A stretch of 58,289 nucleotides of DNA from Candidatus Zixiibacteriota bacterium. Its GTDB lineage: Bacteria > Zixibacteria > MSB-5A5 > UBA10806 > 4484-95. The position numbers and the translations under genes are program-made. The stretch is from assembly GCA_029932605.1 (NCBI GenBank), contig JAOZPT010000010.1, forward strand, positions 1 through 58,289, given 5' to 3'. This document shows, piece by piece, positions 19,969 to 29,161 of this stretch. Under the pieces are notes generated by a model. It was not told the DNA's origin, searched no databases, and saw only the letters and a program-made list of their open reading frames with translations. How positions within the stretch are numbered: the first letter of the stretch is position 1; each line of letters begins with the position of its first letter.

Positions 19969-20925
19969 TCAATAATACCTTCTTATTATTATTGCTGTTG
20001 CTATTGATGTTACTAAACCTGGGATAATATATTCTGGAAGTCTTGACCAGAACGTTCGTTCTCGTCGAAAAGGAATTATTATTGTATCCTCCGGATGAAG
20101 TTTATACCTGGCAGGTTGTCCCTTTTTGATATATTCATCAAGGTTAAAACTTAAAACCGATGAATATTTCACATCTTTCATCACAATACTTATATTCTTA
20201 GTATCAGATAACTCGGTAATACCTCCAGCAGCGGCAATGGCGTCAACAAGTTCAAGGTTTTCAGAAAGGTTTTTGACACCGGGGTCATTTACAGCGCCAT
20301 AGATGAAATAAACATTTTTCCCCTTAAAGGTGGGACCAACAAGTAGTTCTGTTATCCCCCCATATGGAGAAACAGGAATATTTATCATGTCTTTGGCCTT
20401 TAGTTGTGGAAGACCAGCAAGGTCACCCTTGCGGAGGTGGTCAAGCACATCAACTTCTATAATCTTTGCCTTGTTATCCTCCTGGCGAATTATAGTAACC
20501 CTTGAAAGGTCAGCTGAGGAAGTGGCGCCACCAGCTTGGCGAATGACATCTAAAAGATTGGGGATTCGCTCAAAATGATATTCACCCGGCTCGTTTATCT
20601 CGCCAGATAACACAACGGTTTGGCTATTATACTCGGTCACAACAACGGTCGCCTGGGAAATCCTTGGATTATAAAATGAAACCTGTTCAACTATAGATTT
20701 GGATAGTTGATTTGTTGTAAGCCCAGCTGCTTTAATATCACCGATAATCGGTAGTGTTATTATACCATTTTCATTAACCCTGACTTCCGTATCAAGGTCT
20801 GGTTCTTGCCAGAAGCTTATACTTAATCGATCACTTACACCGATTTTGTACGGCTGATAATCCTGAGCAAATGATAACGCCCAACAGGCCAACATAATCA
20901 CAACTATTTTTTTATATGTCTTCAT
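19969..20925 (-). CDS. Polysaccharide export protein (Wza/Poly_export with SLBB domains)
   Basis: Signal peptide, YKIGVSDRL, GIITLPIIGDIKAAGLT, two SLBB repeats (GEINEPG...AGG; GAVNDPG...AGG). Confidence 0.9.
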   Translation of the reverse strand: MKTYKKIVVIMLACWALSFAQDYQPYKIGVSDRLSISFWQEPDLDTEVRVNENGIITLPIIGDIKAAGLTTNQLSKSIVEQVSFYNPRISQATVVVTEYNSQTVVLSGEINEPGEYHFERIPNLLDVIRQAGGATSSADLSRVTIIRQEDNKAKIIEVDVLDHLRKGDLAGLPQLKAKDMINIPVSPYGGITELLVGPTFKGKNVYFIYGAVNDPGVKNLSENLELVDAIAAAGGITELSDTKNISIVMKDVKYSSVLSFNLDEYIKKGQPARYKLHPEDTIIIPFRRERTFWSRLPEYIIPGLVTSIATAIIIRRYY

Positions 20926-22681
20926 ATATCCCTTTATCGGTTAATTGATGTTGAGAATTTCTCTTTAATTCCTCATCCTCCAACATCGAGCTGTTAAACA
21001 TCATCGAACGATTTCGCCCCTCGGCCTTAGCTTTCAATAAAGCCATATCAGCACAATATATCAAACGGTCAACTGTCTGGGCATCACTTGGATATATTGC
21101 ACCCCCTATTGAAATAGAGATTTTATACCCACCATCAACATACCCACTTACAAATTTGTAATTTTCAATTCTTTTCCTCAATCTCTCAACAAATATAAGA
21201 CAGTTAGCAAAACCTGTATCAGGCATAATTACACAAAACTCCTCGCCACCATAACGGCTTACTATGTCGATAGCCCGAACACTCCTGGTAACCAAAACCG
21301 CTAGATTTTTAAGCACCTCGTCGCCTGCCTGATGACCATAGGTGTCGTTGAAGGTTTTGAAATTGTCAATATCAAATATAACCATCGCCAACATCCGATC
21401 AAAACGTTTTGCTCTAAATATCTCCTCATTGAGCCGTTTGTAAAAATATCGGTAATTGTAAAGTTCGGTCATACTATCCGTATATGACATTTTCTCAATC
21501 AACCTGTATTGCTGGATATTACCAATAGCCAGTGATGTCATATTTGACATGGTTGAAAATACCTCAAGGTCAGCCTCGGTATAGCTTCCCTTTCCACTTT
21601 TATCCCCAATTAAAACAAATCCATATATCTTCCCACCAACATAGAGTTTTTCGATATGAGTAAACCCGAAGGCTAATGCCTTTTCCATAAAAGGATCACC
21701 GCTTTGTAAACCAGAGCTTACAACGGGCAAGACCATAACACGTTTTTTAGCTGCTAACAACTTGTATATTTCAGAGCCAGTAAGAAGTTCAAGCATCTGA
21801 ACATCGCGGGTAACCTGGCCGCTGGAGGCAGCGATTGTAAAAATACCGCTATCACTTTTACTTCTTCTTAAAATAGCTATACGTGAAGGTGAGAGAACCG
21901 AAGCGATAGAATTTAAATAAGTTTCTATGAGGCGGTGCTCATCGTAAATAGTAAATATCCTGTTGGAAATATCGAGAAACGAATGTAAGTTGAAATCTTT
22001 TTGTTTTACCTTGCTGTTTAAATTGGTTATTTCGATTTTAACCCTGTTCAATTCTTTTTCAAGGTCTCTAATTTTTTCCTGCCGCCTTTTGATGTTATTG
22101 TTACTGTGACATATCTCGTATAACAACGGCCAAACCGCCTGATTGAACTCATCGGATGCACAAAAGCGGGTTAGCTCTTTATGAGGATCTTCTCCCGCAA
22201 ACAAAACCCGTTGTTCGCTAAACTCATACAAAAAAAACAACAAATTCGAAATATCACTAGGAAGATCTGCCAAACGAGAAATCATTTTAATCTCATTTTC
22301 ACCCAAGACCACACCACAACCAGGATATTTCCCCCTGCGATTATTTGAATTTGATGAAAGCAAGAAGTTATTCACAAGTTCGATTCTAATCGGCTTTATC
22401 ATTCTCAATCTCAGCCCCACGCCCATCAATGGCAACAATATATTCCGTTCTGAACAAAACAACACAAAACGACCGAGTTTGAAATCTTTTTTAAAAGCCT
22501 CGGCAGCAATTAACACGGGGCTTTTTCGAGACTTACAGCGTACCGAGTTAAAAACCGACCGACAAACCTCGAATACTTTTTGTTTTATGGTCAGCTCGGA
22601 ACCCTTCTTGTACAAATCCATAGTTATTTTGCGAGTTTTCATTCGATGCTTACCAACCAATAAAACAACGGTAAGAATCAA
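20912..22681 (-). CDS. GAF-GGDEF diguanylate cyclase with N-terminal membrane anchor (start uncertain)
   Basis: TDSMTELYNYR, FDIDNFKTFNDTYGHQAGD, I-site RAID five residues before GGEEF; upstream GAF region and coiled coil. Confidence 0.92.
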   Translation of the reverse strand: MILTVVLLVGKHRMKTRKITMDLYKKGSELTIKQKVFEVCRSVFNSVRCKSRKSPVLIAAEAFKKDFKLGRFVLFCSERNILLPLMGVGLRLRMIKPIRIELVNNFLLSSNSNNRRGKYPGCGVVLGENEIKMISRLADLPSDISNLLFFLYEFSEQRVLFAGEDPHKELTRFCASDEFNQAVWPLLYEICHSNNNIKRRQEKIRDLEKELNRVKIEITNLNSKVKQKDFNLHSFLDISNRIFTIYDEHRLIETYLNSIASVLSPSRIAILRRSKSDSGIFTIAASSGQVTRDVQMLELLTGSEIYKLLAAKKRVMVLPVVSSGLQSGDPFMEKALAFGFTHIEKLYVGGKIYGFVLIGDKSGKGSYTEADLEVFSTMSNMTSLAIGNIQQYRLIEKMSYTDSMTELYNYRYFYKRLNEEIFRAKRFDRMLAMVIFDIDNFKTFNDTYGHQAGDEVLKNLAVLVTRSVRAIDIVSRYGGEEFCVIMPDTGFANCLIFVERLRKRIENYKFVSGYVDGGYKISISIGGAIYPSDAQTVDRLIYCADMALLKAKAEGRNRSMMFNSSMLEDEELKRNSQHQLTDKGIYEDI

Positions 22682-22762
22682 AGCAACAACTGCTAAAATA
22701 CAAACCAGTAATATTAATCTAAAATCAGGCGTAAGATCCTCTTCTACTTTTAAATATTATAT

Positions 22763-23563
22763 CTATTTTGAAATATTCCGGGTTCGTGCAAAATAAAACC
22801 TTTTTTTCTTAGATCCAAGGCCTGATTTTTTTAATGTCCACCAGACTTTGAAAAACCCCGTTCCCGGAAAATCCTTTTTAATTTCTTTTTTAATTTCAAC
22901 AACGCTGAGAAATGGGTCTTTCCCTACCAGCTCTAATATAGCTTCTTTAAGCGTCCTGGCCACTCTGGGGACATCACGTTTTACGCGAGAATGTTCACCT
23001 TTAGGAAAATCTAACTTGGAATCCCTGCTACGTTCTTTTGGCAAAGTTGCCCCAGCCAGTTTGTCGGAAACATCCCGGTCCCCAGAAACAGCTGGCTTAG
23101 CCGATGATCCCTGAACCCTAACATCAGGTGAAACCTTTCCTGATATCGGTATCGGTTCCGGTTTTTTAACCTCGTGTAATCTCAGCCCATTCTGCGGTTC
23201 ACCGGCAAAATCAGCCTTGGCTTTTTCTATGTTATCATATGCTTTAAGAATGCTGTCGAACTCCAATAGTTCGAAAATCTCATAAACATTGGGTATCATT
23301 CGAGCAAGTTTAATATCGCCATCGTTCAAGCGTATCTCTCTGATGTTTGAGATAAAAATACCCCAACCGGCTGATGAAATATAATCGACACCACCGAGGT
23401 CAACAATAATTTTGAATTTCTTTTGAGCAAGAAGAGAGTTTGTAACCTCTTCCAACTGCGTAGCAGTCATTGTATCGATTACTCCATCTACACGGATAAT
23501 GGTGATTTCACCATCAATCTGTGTTGTCTGGGTTGTTTCTACGGAAATTTTGATATCGCTCAT
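22763..23563 (-). CDS. STAS (anti-anti-sigma) protein with linker and C-terminal HTH-like domain
   Basis: STAS motif IIVDLGGVDYISSAGWG with phospho-acceptor Ser; low-complexity linker; basic helical tail ILELVGKDP...LKKSGLGSKKKRF. Confidence 0.88.
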   Translation of the reverse strand: MSDIKISVETTQTTQIDGEITIIRVDGVIDTMTATQLEEVTNSLLAQKKFKIIVDLGGVDYISSAGWGIFISNIREIRLNDGDIKLARMIPNVYEIFELLEFDSILKAYDNIEKAKADFAGEPQNGLRLHEVKKPEPIPISGKVSPDVRVQGSSAKPAVSGDRDVSDKLAGATLPKERSRDSKLDFPKGEHSRVKRDVPRVARTLKEAILELVGKDPFLSVVEIKKEIKKDFPGTGFFKVWWTLKKSGLGSKKKRFYFARTRNISK

Positions 23564-23566
23564 CTT

Positions 23567-24310
23567 TTACCTATCCAATCGTTCCAATGCCTCTTTGGAA
23601 AAATGATAATAATCATACGCACCATTAGAATATGGAGCGTATTCAAATATGGTTTTATTATTCATCTGCGACTCTTTTATCTGGGTGTTGACCCTGATAG
23701 CTGTCGTAAAGACTTTTTCATCGTACCTTTCTTTCAAATTACTCAGTATCTTTTTTGAAATCCTAGTCCTTACATCAAAAAACGTCGGCAAAATACCGAG
23801 CAGTTTTATATCTCTACCCATTTCAGAAGTTACCTCATCGATTATCTTCAGTGTTAATGCCGCTCCCTCCAAAGCGAAATAGTCCATTGACACGGGAAGC
23901 AAAACCTTGTCGATATAATACAATATGTTTGAATTTATTACATTTATCGACGGGGAGCAATCTAAAATTATTATTTCAATACCGGTGAATCTATTCAATG
24001 CCATAGCTAACGGGTATTCGCTTTCGGGTTGTTGGGCCAAGTAACGTTCCACCATATAAATATCGCTTTTGCCAGAACCCACGAGATAAAGGTCTGGACG
24101 AATATTATAAATATCCACCTTATCGCATAAGAGAAGGTCTGATAATCCCTGGGCTCCATTCAAATCAAAAGCTAAGGAGGTCGAACCTTGAGCATCACAG
24201 TCAATCAGCAATGTTTTCCTGCCCATCATGGCCAGGGCATGGGCAAAGTTAATGGCCGTAGTGGTCTTACCGGTTCCCCCCTTAAAAGCTGTAACTGCTA
24301 TCTTGTGCAT
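23567..24310 (-). CDS. ParA/Soj family ATPase (no parB in the window)
   Basis: Deviant Walker A KGGTGKTT, LLIDCDAQG, IILDCSPS, ILPTFFDVRTR, IFEYAPYSNGAYDY. Confidence 0.92.
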   Translation of the reverse strand: MHKIAVTAFKGGTGKTTTAINFAHALAMMGRKTLLIDCDAQGSTSLAFDLNGAQGLSDLLLCDKVDIYNIRPDLYLVGSGKSDIYMVERYLAQQPESEYPLAMALNRFTGIEIIILDCSPSINVINSNILYYIDKVLLPVSMDYFALEGAALTLKIIDEVTSEMGRDIKLLGILPTFFDVRTRISKKILSNLKERYDEKVFTTAIRVNTQIKESQMNNKTIFEYAPYSNGAYDYYHFSKEALERLDR

Positions 24311-27120
24311 TATTTATTGAACTTTTCAGTTAATCTCTTCTCGTATTCTTTAAAATCGCTTAAAACATTCTTTGGACTATTTCCTTTAATGGCTTTTTCT
24401 CTAATATCGATTTTTTTACCACTTATCCCATCCGCCTTGATGGGTTTTATAATTTGTTTATAACCAGGTTCTTGTTTGGAAGTTTCATCTTTTTTTGAGG
24501 TTAAGCCTTCATTCATCTTGGATACTACCGACTGCAACATGCAAGCGATCTCCTTGCCTCCTTCAAGCTCCTCAAGTTCCTTGGCAATTTCATTATAAAT
24601 GTCATTCCCGCTAACAGTTGGACCGATCTGCTTTAATTGTGAGATTATTCTTCCAGTCTCCCTCGTGATCCTTTTTACCTCGCGGCTTTCGATATTCTTC
24701 TTTAAATCTTCCGTATATTGCATTCTATCAAGTCTCTTACGTTCTTCACGTAACATCTCTTTTTCCAAAATTTCTTTTTGTTCCGGTTTAAGTTTGCCAA
24801 CTCTCTCGACATAAGCCAAACGACGTCTGCGTGTATTAAGTCTCATATTTACCAACTCATCATAGATGTTCCCAACCGAGTAGTTCTCTCCTCGTTTGGC
24901 AAGCGTTTTCTGAATTCTGGTTGCCCCAAATTCAGGATTTTGTCTAATGATTTCAAGTATCATTTTACGTGTGTTATATGGCAGAATTTTAATAGAAGCC
25001 TCGGCCCTCAACCTTTTATTCAGAAGCCCTGAGTCACCATGTTCTTTCCATCTTTTGCGATACTTATAAAAAGACGCCAGAGAAACTCCCACCTTTTTAC
25101 AAGCCTCTTCCGCCGACATCCCCTCATCCTCGACCATTTTCAACAAGCGTTTGCGCTTCTCAAGTATAAGCTCGTCAACCATTATTTTTTCCTTTATCAC
25201 CACCAGAGTGATATCATCATTCTGGGGAGCATTTCCGGTAAACTGAACGATGTCTTTGTCAAGAGCGGTAGCGAACTCCTCAGGTGATAAGTGAGCGTTT
25301 TCCTTTATAAAATTGATCAGCCTGTCATTACCATATTGCTCGGATCTGTTGTTCATCGCCTCGGTTATTCCATCAGTGTAAACCACAAGCATGTCATCTT
25401 TTTTCAATTTCAGCTTATCGGTTTGAATGCTTCCTCCAAATGAAACATCATCGGGCAGAGTTAAGCCAAGAGGCATTCCTTTCGGGTTTAGGAAGTAACA
25501 TTTAGCAGTATCCTTACGATACAGAATCATCGGATTATGTCCAGCTGAGGCGAAAGATATCTGGCGGTTTTTTGAATCAAGAATCATGAAAAATATCGTA
25601 ATAAACATCCCCTTTTTCACATCCTCGGCTACGAAATCATTAACTTTGGCCAGGATATCATTCGGCGAGTGGTTATCTCTTGCCTCGAGTCTCAAGGCAG
25701 TGCGAATCATTGTCATAACCAGTGACCCCGGAACCCCCTTACCGGAAACATCGGCTACAGCTATTCCAAGCGAGTGTTCATCAATCCACACGAAATCAAA
25801 ATAATCGCCTCCGACATCCTTTGCTGCCCGATATATTGCAGCAAGTTCGTACCCCTCTATCTCAGGGAAACGTGAAGGTAACAAAGCATGCTGAATATCC
25901 TGGGCAACCTGCATTTCCTTTTGCAAACGTTCCTGTTCGACTATATTCGCCTGGGCTGATTTGAATTTAAGGGTGATCTCGTTAAAAGCGCGGGCAATCT
26001 CCGAAAACTCGTCCGAACCATCAACCGGCAAGGTTTCCTCAAGGTTGCCCTGGCCTATTTTCAACACACCCTCGGTGAGTTTCTGAATTGGCTTTACAAA
26101 ATAGTAAGAGAGAAGGTAAACAGCTCCCAAACCAACTATAAGTCCCAAAAAGGCGATAACAAGTAGAACATTTCTTGCCTTGATAAGCTGGTTAGAAAGA
26201 ACAGCTTGAGAAAAGCCGAAGTTAATCTTACCTAACTTTTTATTATTCTGTACCATATCTGTTATTAAATGATAAATATTCCCATATTCTTCACTTTCAT
26301 AATATTGAAATGTATCGGTAATGGCCGAATCTATGGTTGGAGGATAACTATATGGTGATAAAATACTCTGCGGTCTTAAGGCATCAGCCCAGATTAAACC
26401 ATTCCTGTCAACAACTGTGATATATTTCAAATTGGGATTACCTTGTAAAGCCAAGCTAACCAAAGCTGATAGTTCAAGTTCGTTACCAACAACCATTTTA
26501 TCCGCTGAATTCAAAGTGGTGGTGTTAGCGAAATTTCTGGCTTCGGAAAAGAAACGTTCTTTGATAGAATCAGCATTTCTACCGTTGTAATAAAAGAATA
26601 TCACTCCAACAATCACAAAAACCACCAACGAAGCCCACATGGCGAATTTCAGGCGTATGGAGGTTCCTCTGGGTTTTAAGATTATCGGTTTTTTAGGGGG
26701 TACTTTCTTAACCATGCGAAGTTCATTTTCACCATCGCGGGAAAAATAATCTACGGAATCCATTATCTTGCGGATAAGATACAACCCCAATCCACCTTTC
26801 CTGCCGGTCTTGATATAGCGGTCAAGATTCGGGGAATCAGCACGATTGAAATCAAACCGCCGTCCCTTATCGTAAATGGAAAATACGATCTTATCCGGAA
26901 ATATTTTTAATTTTATCCTTATGGTTCCAGGGCCGTAAAGGTAAGCGTGGCGTATTACGTTGGTGCAGGCCTCTTCAACAGCCAAAAGGATGCCATTTCT
27001 TTCCTTATTGCTTACATTTACATCGACAATGGCATCTTTAACTGACCGACGGATATCCTCCAGCATGTTCTCATCAGCTACAAAGCTCATGAATATCTCT
27101 ATCGGTTTTCTAAATGCCAC
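24310..27120 (-). CDS. Hybrid membrane signalling protein: RsbW-like kinase, 2TM sensor, HAMP, SpoIIE/PP2C phosphatase, tandem HTH
   Basis: Kinase: EEACTNVIRHAY, DKG, GGLGLYLI. Two TM helices, then HAMP (KPIQKL...DEFSEIARAFN). PP2C: VGGDYFD, ADVSGKG, SAGH, YTDGITEA, DDITL. Then HTH region. GTG start with GAGGTGG SD. Confidence 0.9.
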   Translation of the reverse strand: MAFRKPIEIFMSFVADENMLEDIRRSVKDAIVDVNVSNKERNGILLAVEEACTNVIRHAYLYGPGTIRIKLKIFPDKIVFSIYDKGRRFDFNRADSPNLDRYIKTGRKGGLGLYLIRKIMDSVDYFSRDGENELRMVKKVPPKKPIILKPRGTSIRLKFAMWASLVVFVIVGVIFFYYNGRNADSIKERFFSEARNFANTTTLNSADKMVVGNELELSALVSLALQGNPNLKYITVVDRNGLIWADALRPQSILSPYSYPPTIDSAITDTFQYYESEEYGNIYHLITDMVQNNKKLGKINFGFSQAVLSNQLIKARNVLLVIAFLGLIVGLGAVYLLSYYFVKPIQKLTEGVLKIGQGNLEETLPVDGSDEFSEIARAFNEITLKFKSAQANIVEQERLQKEMQVAQDIQHALLPSRFPEIEGYELAAIYRAAKDVGGDYFDFVWIDEHSLGIAVADVSGKGVPGSLVMTMIRTALRLEARDNHSPNDILAKVNDFVAEDVKKGMFITIFFMILDSKNRQISFASAGHNPMILYRKDTAKCYFLNPKGMPLGLTLPDDVSFGGSIQTDKLKLKKDDMLVVYTDGITEAMNNRSEQYGNDRLINFIKENAHLSPEEFATALDKDIVQFTGNAPQNDDITLVVIKEKIMVDELILEKRKRLLKMVEDEGMSAEEACKKVGVSLASFYKYRKRWKEHGDSGLLNKRLRAEASIKILPYNTRKMILEIIRQNPEFGATRIQKTLAKRGENYSVGNIYDELVNMRLNTRRRRLAYVERVGKLKPEQKEILEKEMLREERKRLDRMQYTEDLKKNIESREVKRITRETGRIISQLKQIGPTVSGNDIYNEIAKELEELEGGKEIACMLQSVVSKMNEGLTSKKDETSKQEPGYKQIIKPIKADGISGKKIDIREKAIKGNSPKNVLSDFKEYEKRLTEKFNK

Positions 27121-27146
27121 TTTACCACCTCACATTTTGCTTTAAA

Positions 27147-27175
27147 ATTATAGGCCAAATGTTGCCCAAAGTAAA
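27147..27175 (-). promoter_or_regulatory. sigma70-type promoter of the signalling/EPS operon
   Basis: TTTACT (27175-27170), 17 bp spacer, TATAAT (27152-27147). Confidence 0.65.
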
Positions 27176-27186
27176 GCTAAATTCAG

Positions 27187-27221
27187 TTGAAATCATTATT
27201 TCAAATGCCAACCTATTTCAA
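27187..27221. promoter_or_regulatory. Candidate operator: TTGAAAT-N4-ATTTCAA palindrome plus an extra half-site
   Basis: Perfect 7-bp inverted repeat at 27187-27204 and a third ATTTCAA at 27215-27221, directly upstream of the -35 box. Confidence 0.5.
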
Positions 27222-27340
27222 CAAGCCAGCCTTATTAAATTTGTTACTACCCTTTTATATGTTATCGAACATCCCCACCCGAACATTTCTAAAAAGCAAA
27301 GATTATTAAACATATATTTATCGGGAAGACTGTTTAAGTA

Positions 27341-29161
27341 TTACTTTTTTAAAGACCTTGCCCTAGCCTGCTCGATATTTCGTATCAGGTTAGGGTTATT
27401 TGGATAATAATCTAATAGTAAGCGCCACAGATCAAGTGCCTTATCATACTCGCCGGCTTGATATTTCTCCATACCCTGGATATATATCCGCCAATGTTCA
27501 TCATTTGCCTTGATATCCTCTAAAGTTGTTTGCTTGGTCATATATTGTGCAAGCCGGCGTTTGAGGCTTATTGCACCCTCCGACCGAGGATTTAAGATTA
27601 ATGCCGAGTCAACCTGGACCGCAGCACTTTCATATTCACCATCGTTGAACATTCGTATCGCCTTATCAAGATATTTTGACGATTCAAACATTCGATAAAC
27701 CTCTGCCTGATTCCGGATCGCCCAACTATCGTCAGGAACAACATGCAGGATTTCATTTAAAACTGCAATAGCGCGTTCGTAATCTCCGTTTTGTATATAC
27801 TCTGCAACTAGGCGCCTTTTTCCAGTAATTTTGTCTTCATTGATCTTTTCTATATCCGCAAGCATTCTAATCGCCTCCCGGTTCTCAGGATCAATAATTA
27901 ACGCTAACTCAAATTGCTCAGTCGCCTTATCGTATTGCTTCTTATGATAATAGTTGTTTCCAAGTTGTATTTGCTTATCAACCAAGTTACTGATATAATC
28001 CTTACCAACCTGCTTGGCCATCTCTTCTTTCATTTTATTAAGCAACTCCAAAACCTTAACCCGGGCCTGACTGTTCTGGTCATCTAAACCCAACACTCTA
28101 TAATATGCCTCGATCGCTTCATAGGTTTTTCCGTTCTGCTCATGCTTGGTGGCGATGGCAAGCTCTTTTTGTATTTTTTTAATAACTTCTTGTTCCTGTT
28201 TTTGTTTAAACTCCATTACTTTCTCATTCGCTATGGCCTTCTCTCTTCGCTCTCTTTTAACCTCAATCGGTGTACCAAAATCGATGCTCAATGACAACCT
28301 ATGCGATGTTCCGAGGTCTGAAAGAGTTGCATAAGCATAATCAAATCTGAAACTGTAATATGAAACTCCCGCGCCAATAGTAATCTTATCCCCCATATAC
28401 CCAAGGCGGGCAAAAACCATATCTTTAACACCAAGCTCGCAACCAGCATAAACATCCGTCTCATTGTTTTCCGTTTTCTCGACATCGGCACTAATCAAAA
28501 GCCCATATTTACCGGAAAACGCTTTCGAATATGATAATCCGCCCCTGATTGACCAGGGAAATCTTTGTTCCAACCTGTGAAGTTTGATACGAGGACCACT
28601 CAGGTCAGACAGTTTCAAACCAAAAGAAGTCCCTTTTAAGAATGGAAGAAAATAAATTATACCCAAATCTAAACCGAAACCGGTGTCTTTATAATCCTCG
28701 ATATCGAAATAAACACCTTTAACGGTGATTCCCGCCAATATTTTTCTCGTAGGTGAAAAGCCATAACCAAGCAAAAACAAGTCCTGGCGACTGGAAAATG
28801 TGCCGTTTGTTGCATAATCAACAATTTTGTCAAAATCATCACTTGAAATATCTCCAATACCTAACCCAAAACCTCCGGCCATGGTGGGATAAGCAACTGA
28901 TAGAAACTGATATCGGGTATCCATAAACAAACTCATGTGGAATAACTGCACCTGTGGTCGCTGTAATACAGCCAGACCGGCCGGGTTCCAATATACCGCT
29001 CCAGAACTGTTAATGAAAGCAACCGAAGCTCCTCCCATACCAAGTTGTCTAGCGCCTACACCAACGGCAAACGGTGATCGATATCCCCCATCATTAGCTA
29101 TGGCAATGGCTGAAACAAACAAAACTGTAATGGTCATGAATAATCGAGATTTTCTTACCAT
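27341..29161 (-). CDS. PorV/PorQ-family outer-membrane barrel fused to a C-terminal coiled-coil/TPR region
   Basis: Signal peptide, GVGARQLGMGGA...AVYWNPAGLA, barrel end FDYAY...LGTSHRLSLSIDFG, then about 310 aa of TPR-like helices. Confidence 0.85.
   Translation of the reverse strand: MVRKSRLFMTITVLFVSAIAIANDGGYRSPFAVGVGARQLGMGGASVAFINSSGAVYWNPAGLAVLQRPQVQLFHMSLFMDTRYQFLSVAYPTMAGGFGLGIGDISSDDFDKIVDYATNGTFSSRQDLFLLGYGFSPTRKILAGITVKGVYFDIEDYKDTGFGLDLGIIYFLPFLKGTSFGLKLSDLSGPRIKLHRLEQRFPWSIRGGLSYSKAFSGKYGLLISADVEKTENNETDVYAGCELGVKDMVFARLGYMGDKITIGAGVSYYSFRFDYAYATLSDLGTSHRLSLSIDFGTPIEVKRERREKAIANEKVMEFKQKQEQEVIKKIQKELAIATKHEQNGKTYEAIEAYYRVLGLDDQNSQARVKVLELLNKMKEEMAKQVGKDYISNLVDKQIQLGNNYYHKKQYDKATEQFELALIIDPENREAIRMLADIEKINEDKITGKRRLVAEYIQNGDYERAIAVLNEILHVVPDDSWAIRNQAEVYRMFESSKYLDKAIRMFNDGEYESAAVQVDSALILNPRSEGAISLKRRLAQYMTKQTTLEDIKANDEHWRIYIQGMEKYQAGEYDKALDLWRLLLDYYPNNPNLIRNIEQARARSLKK

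Noticed and set aside
24800..25160. An actual IS481/IS3 insertion in the sensor gene
   Set aside because: No DDE domain, terminal repeats or target duplication seen; the frame is continuous and a related module occurs in the STAS gene.
27266..27286. CGAACAT direct repeat as a LexA box
   Set aside because: GAAC-N10-GAAC fits neither GAAC-N4-GTTC nor GAAC-N7-GAAC.
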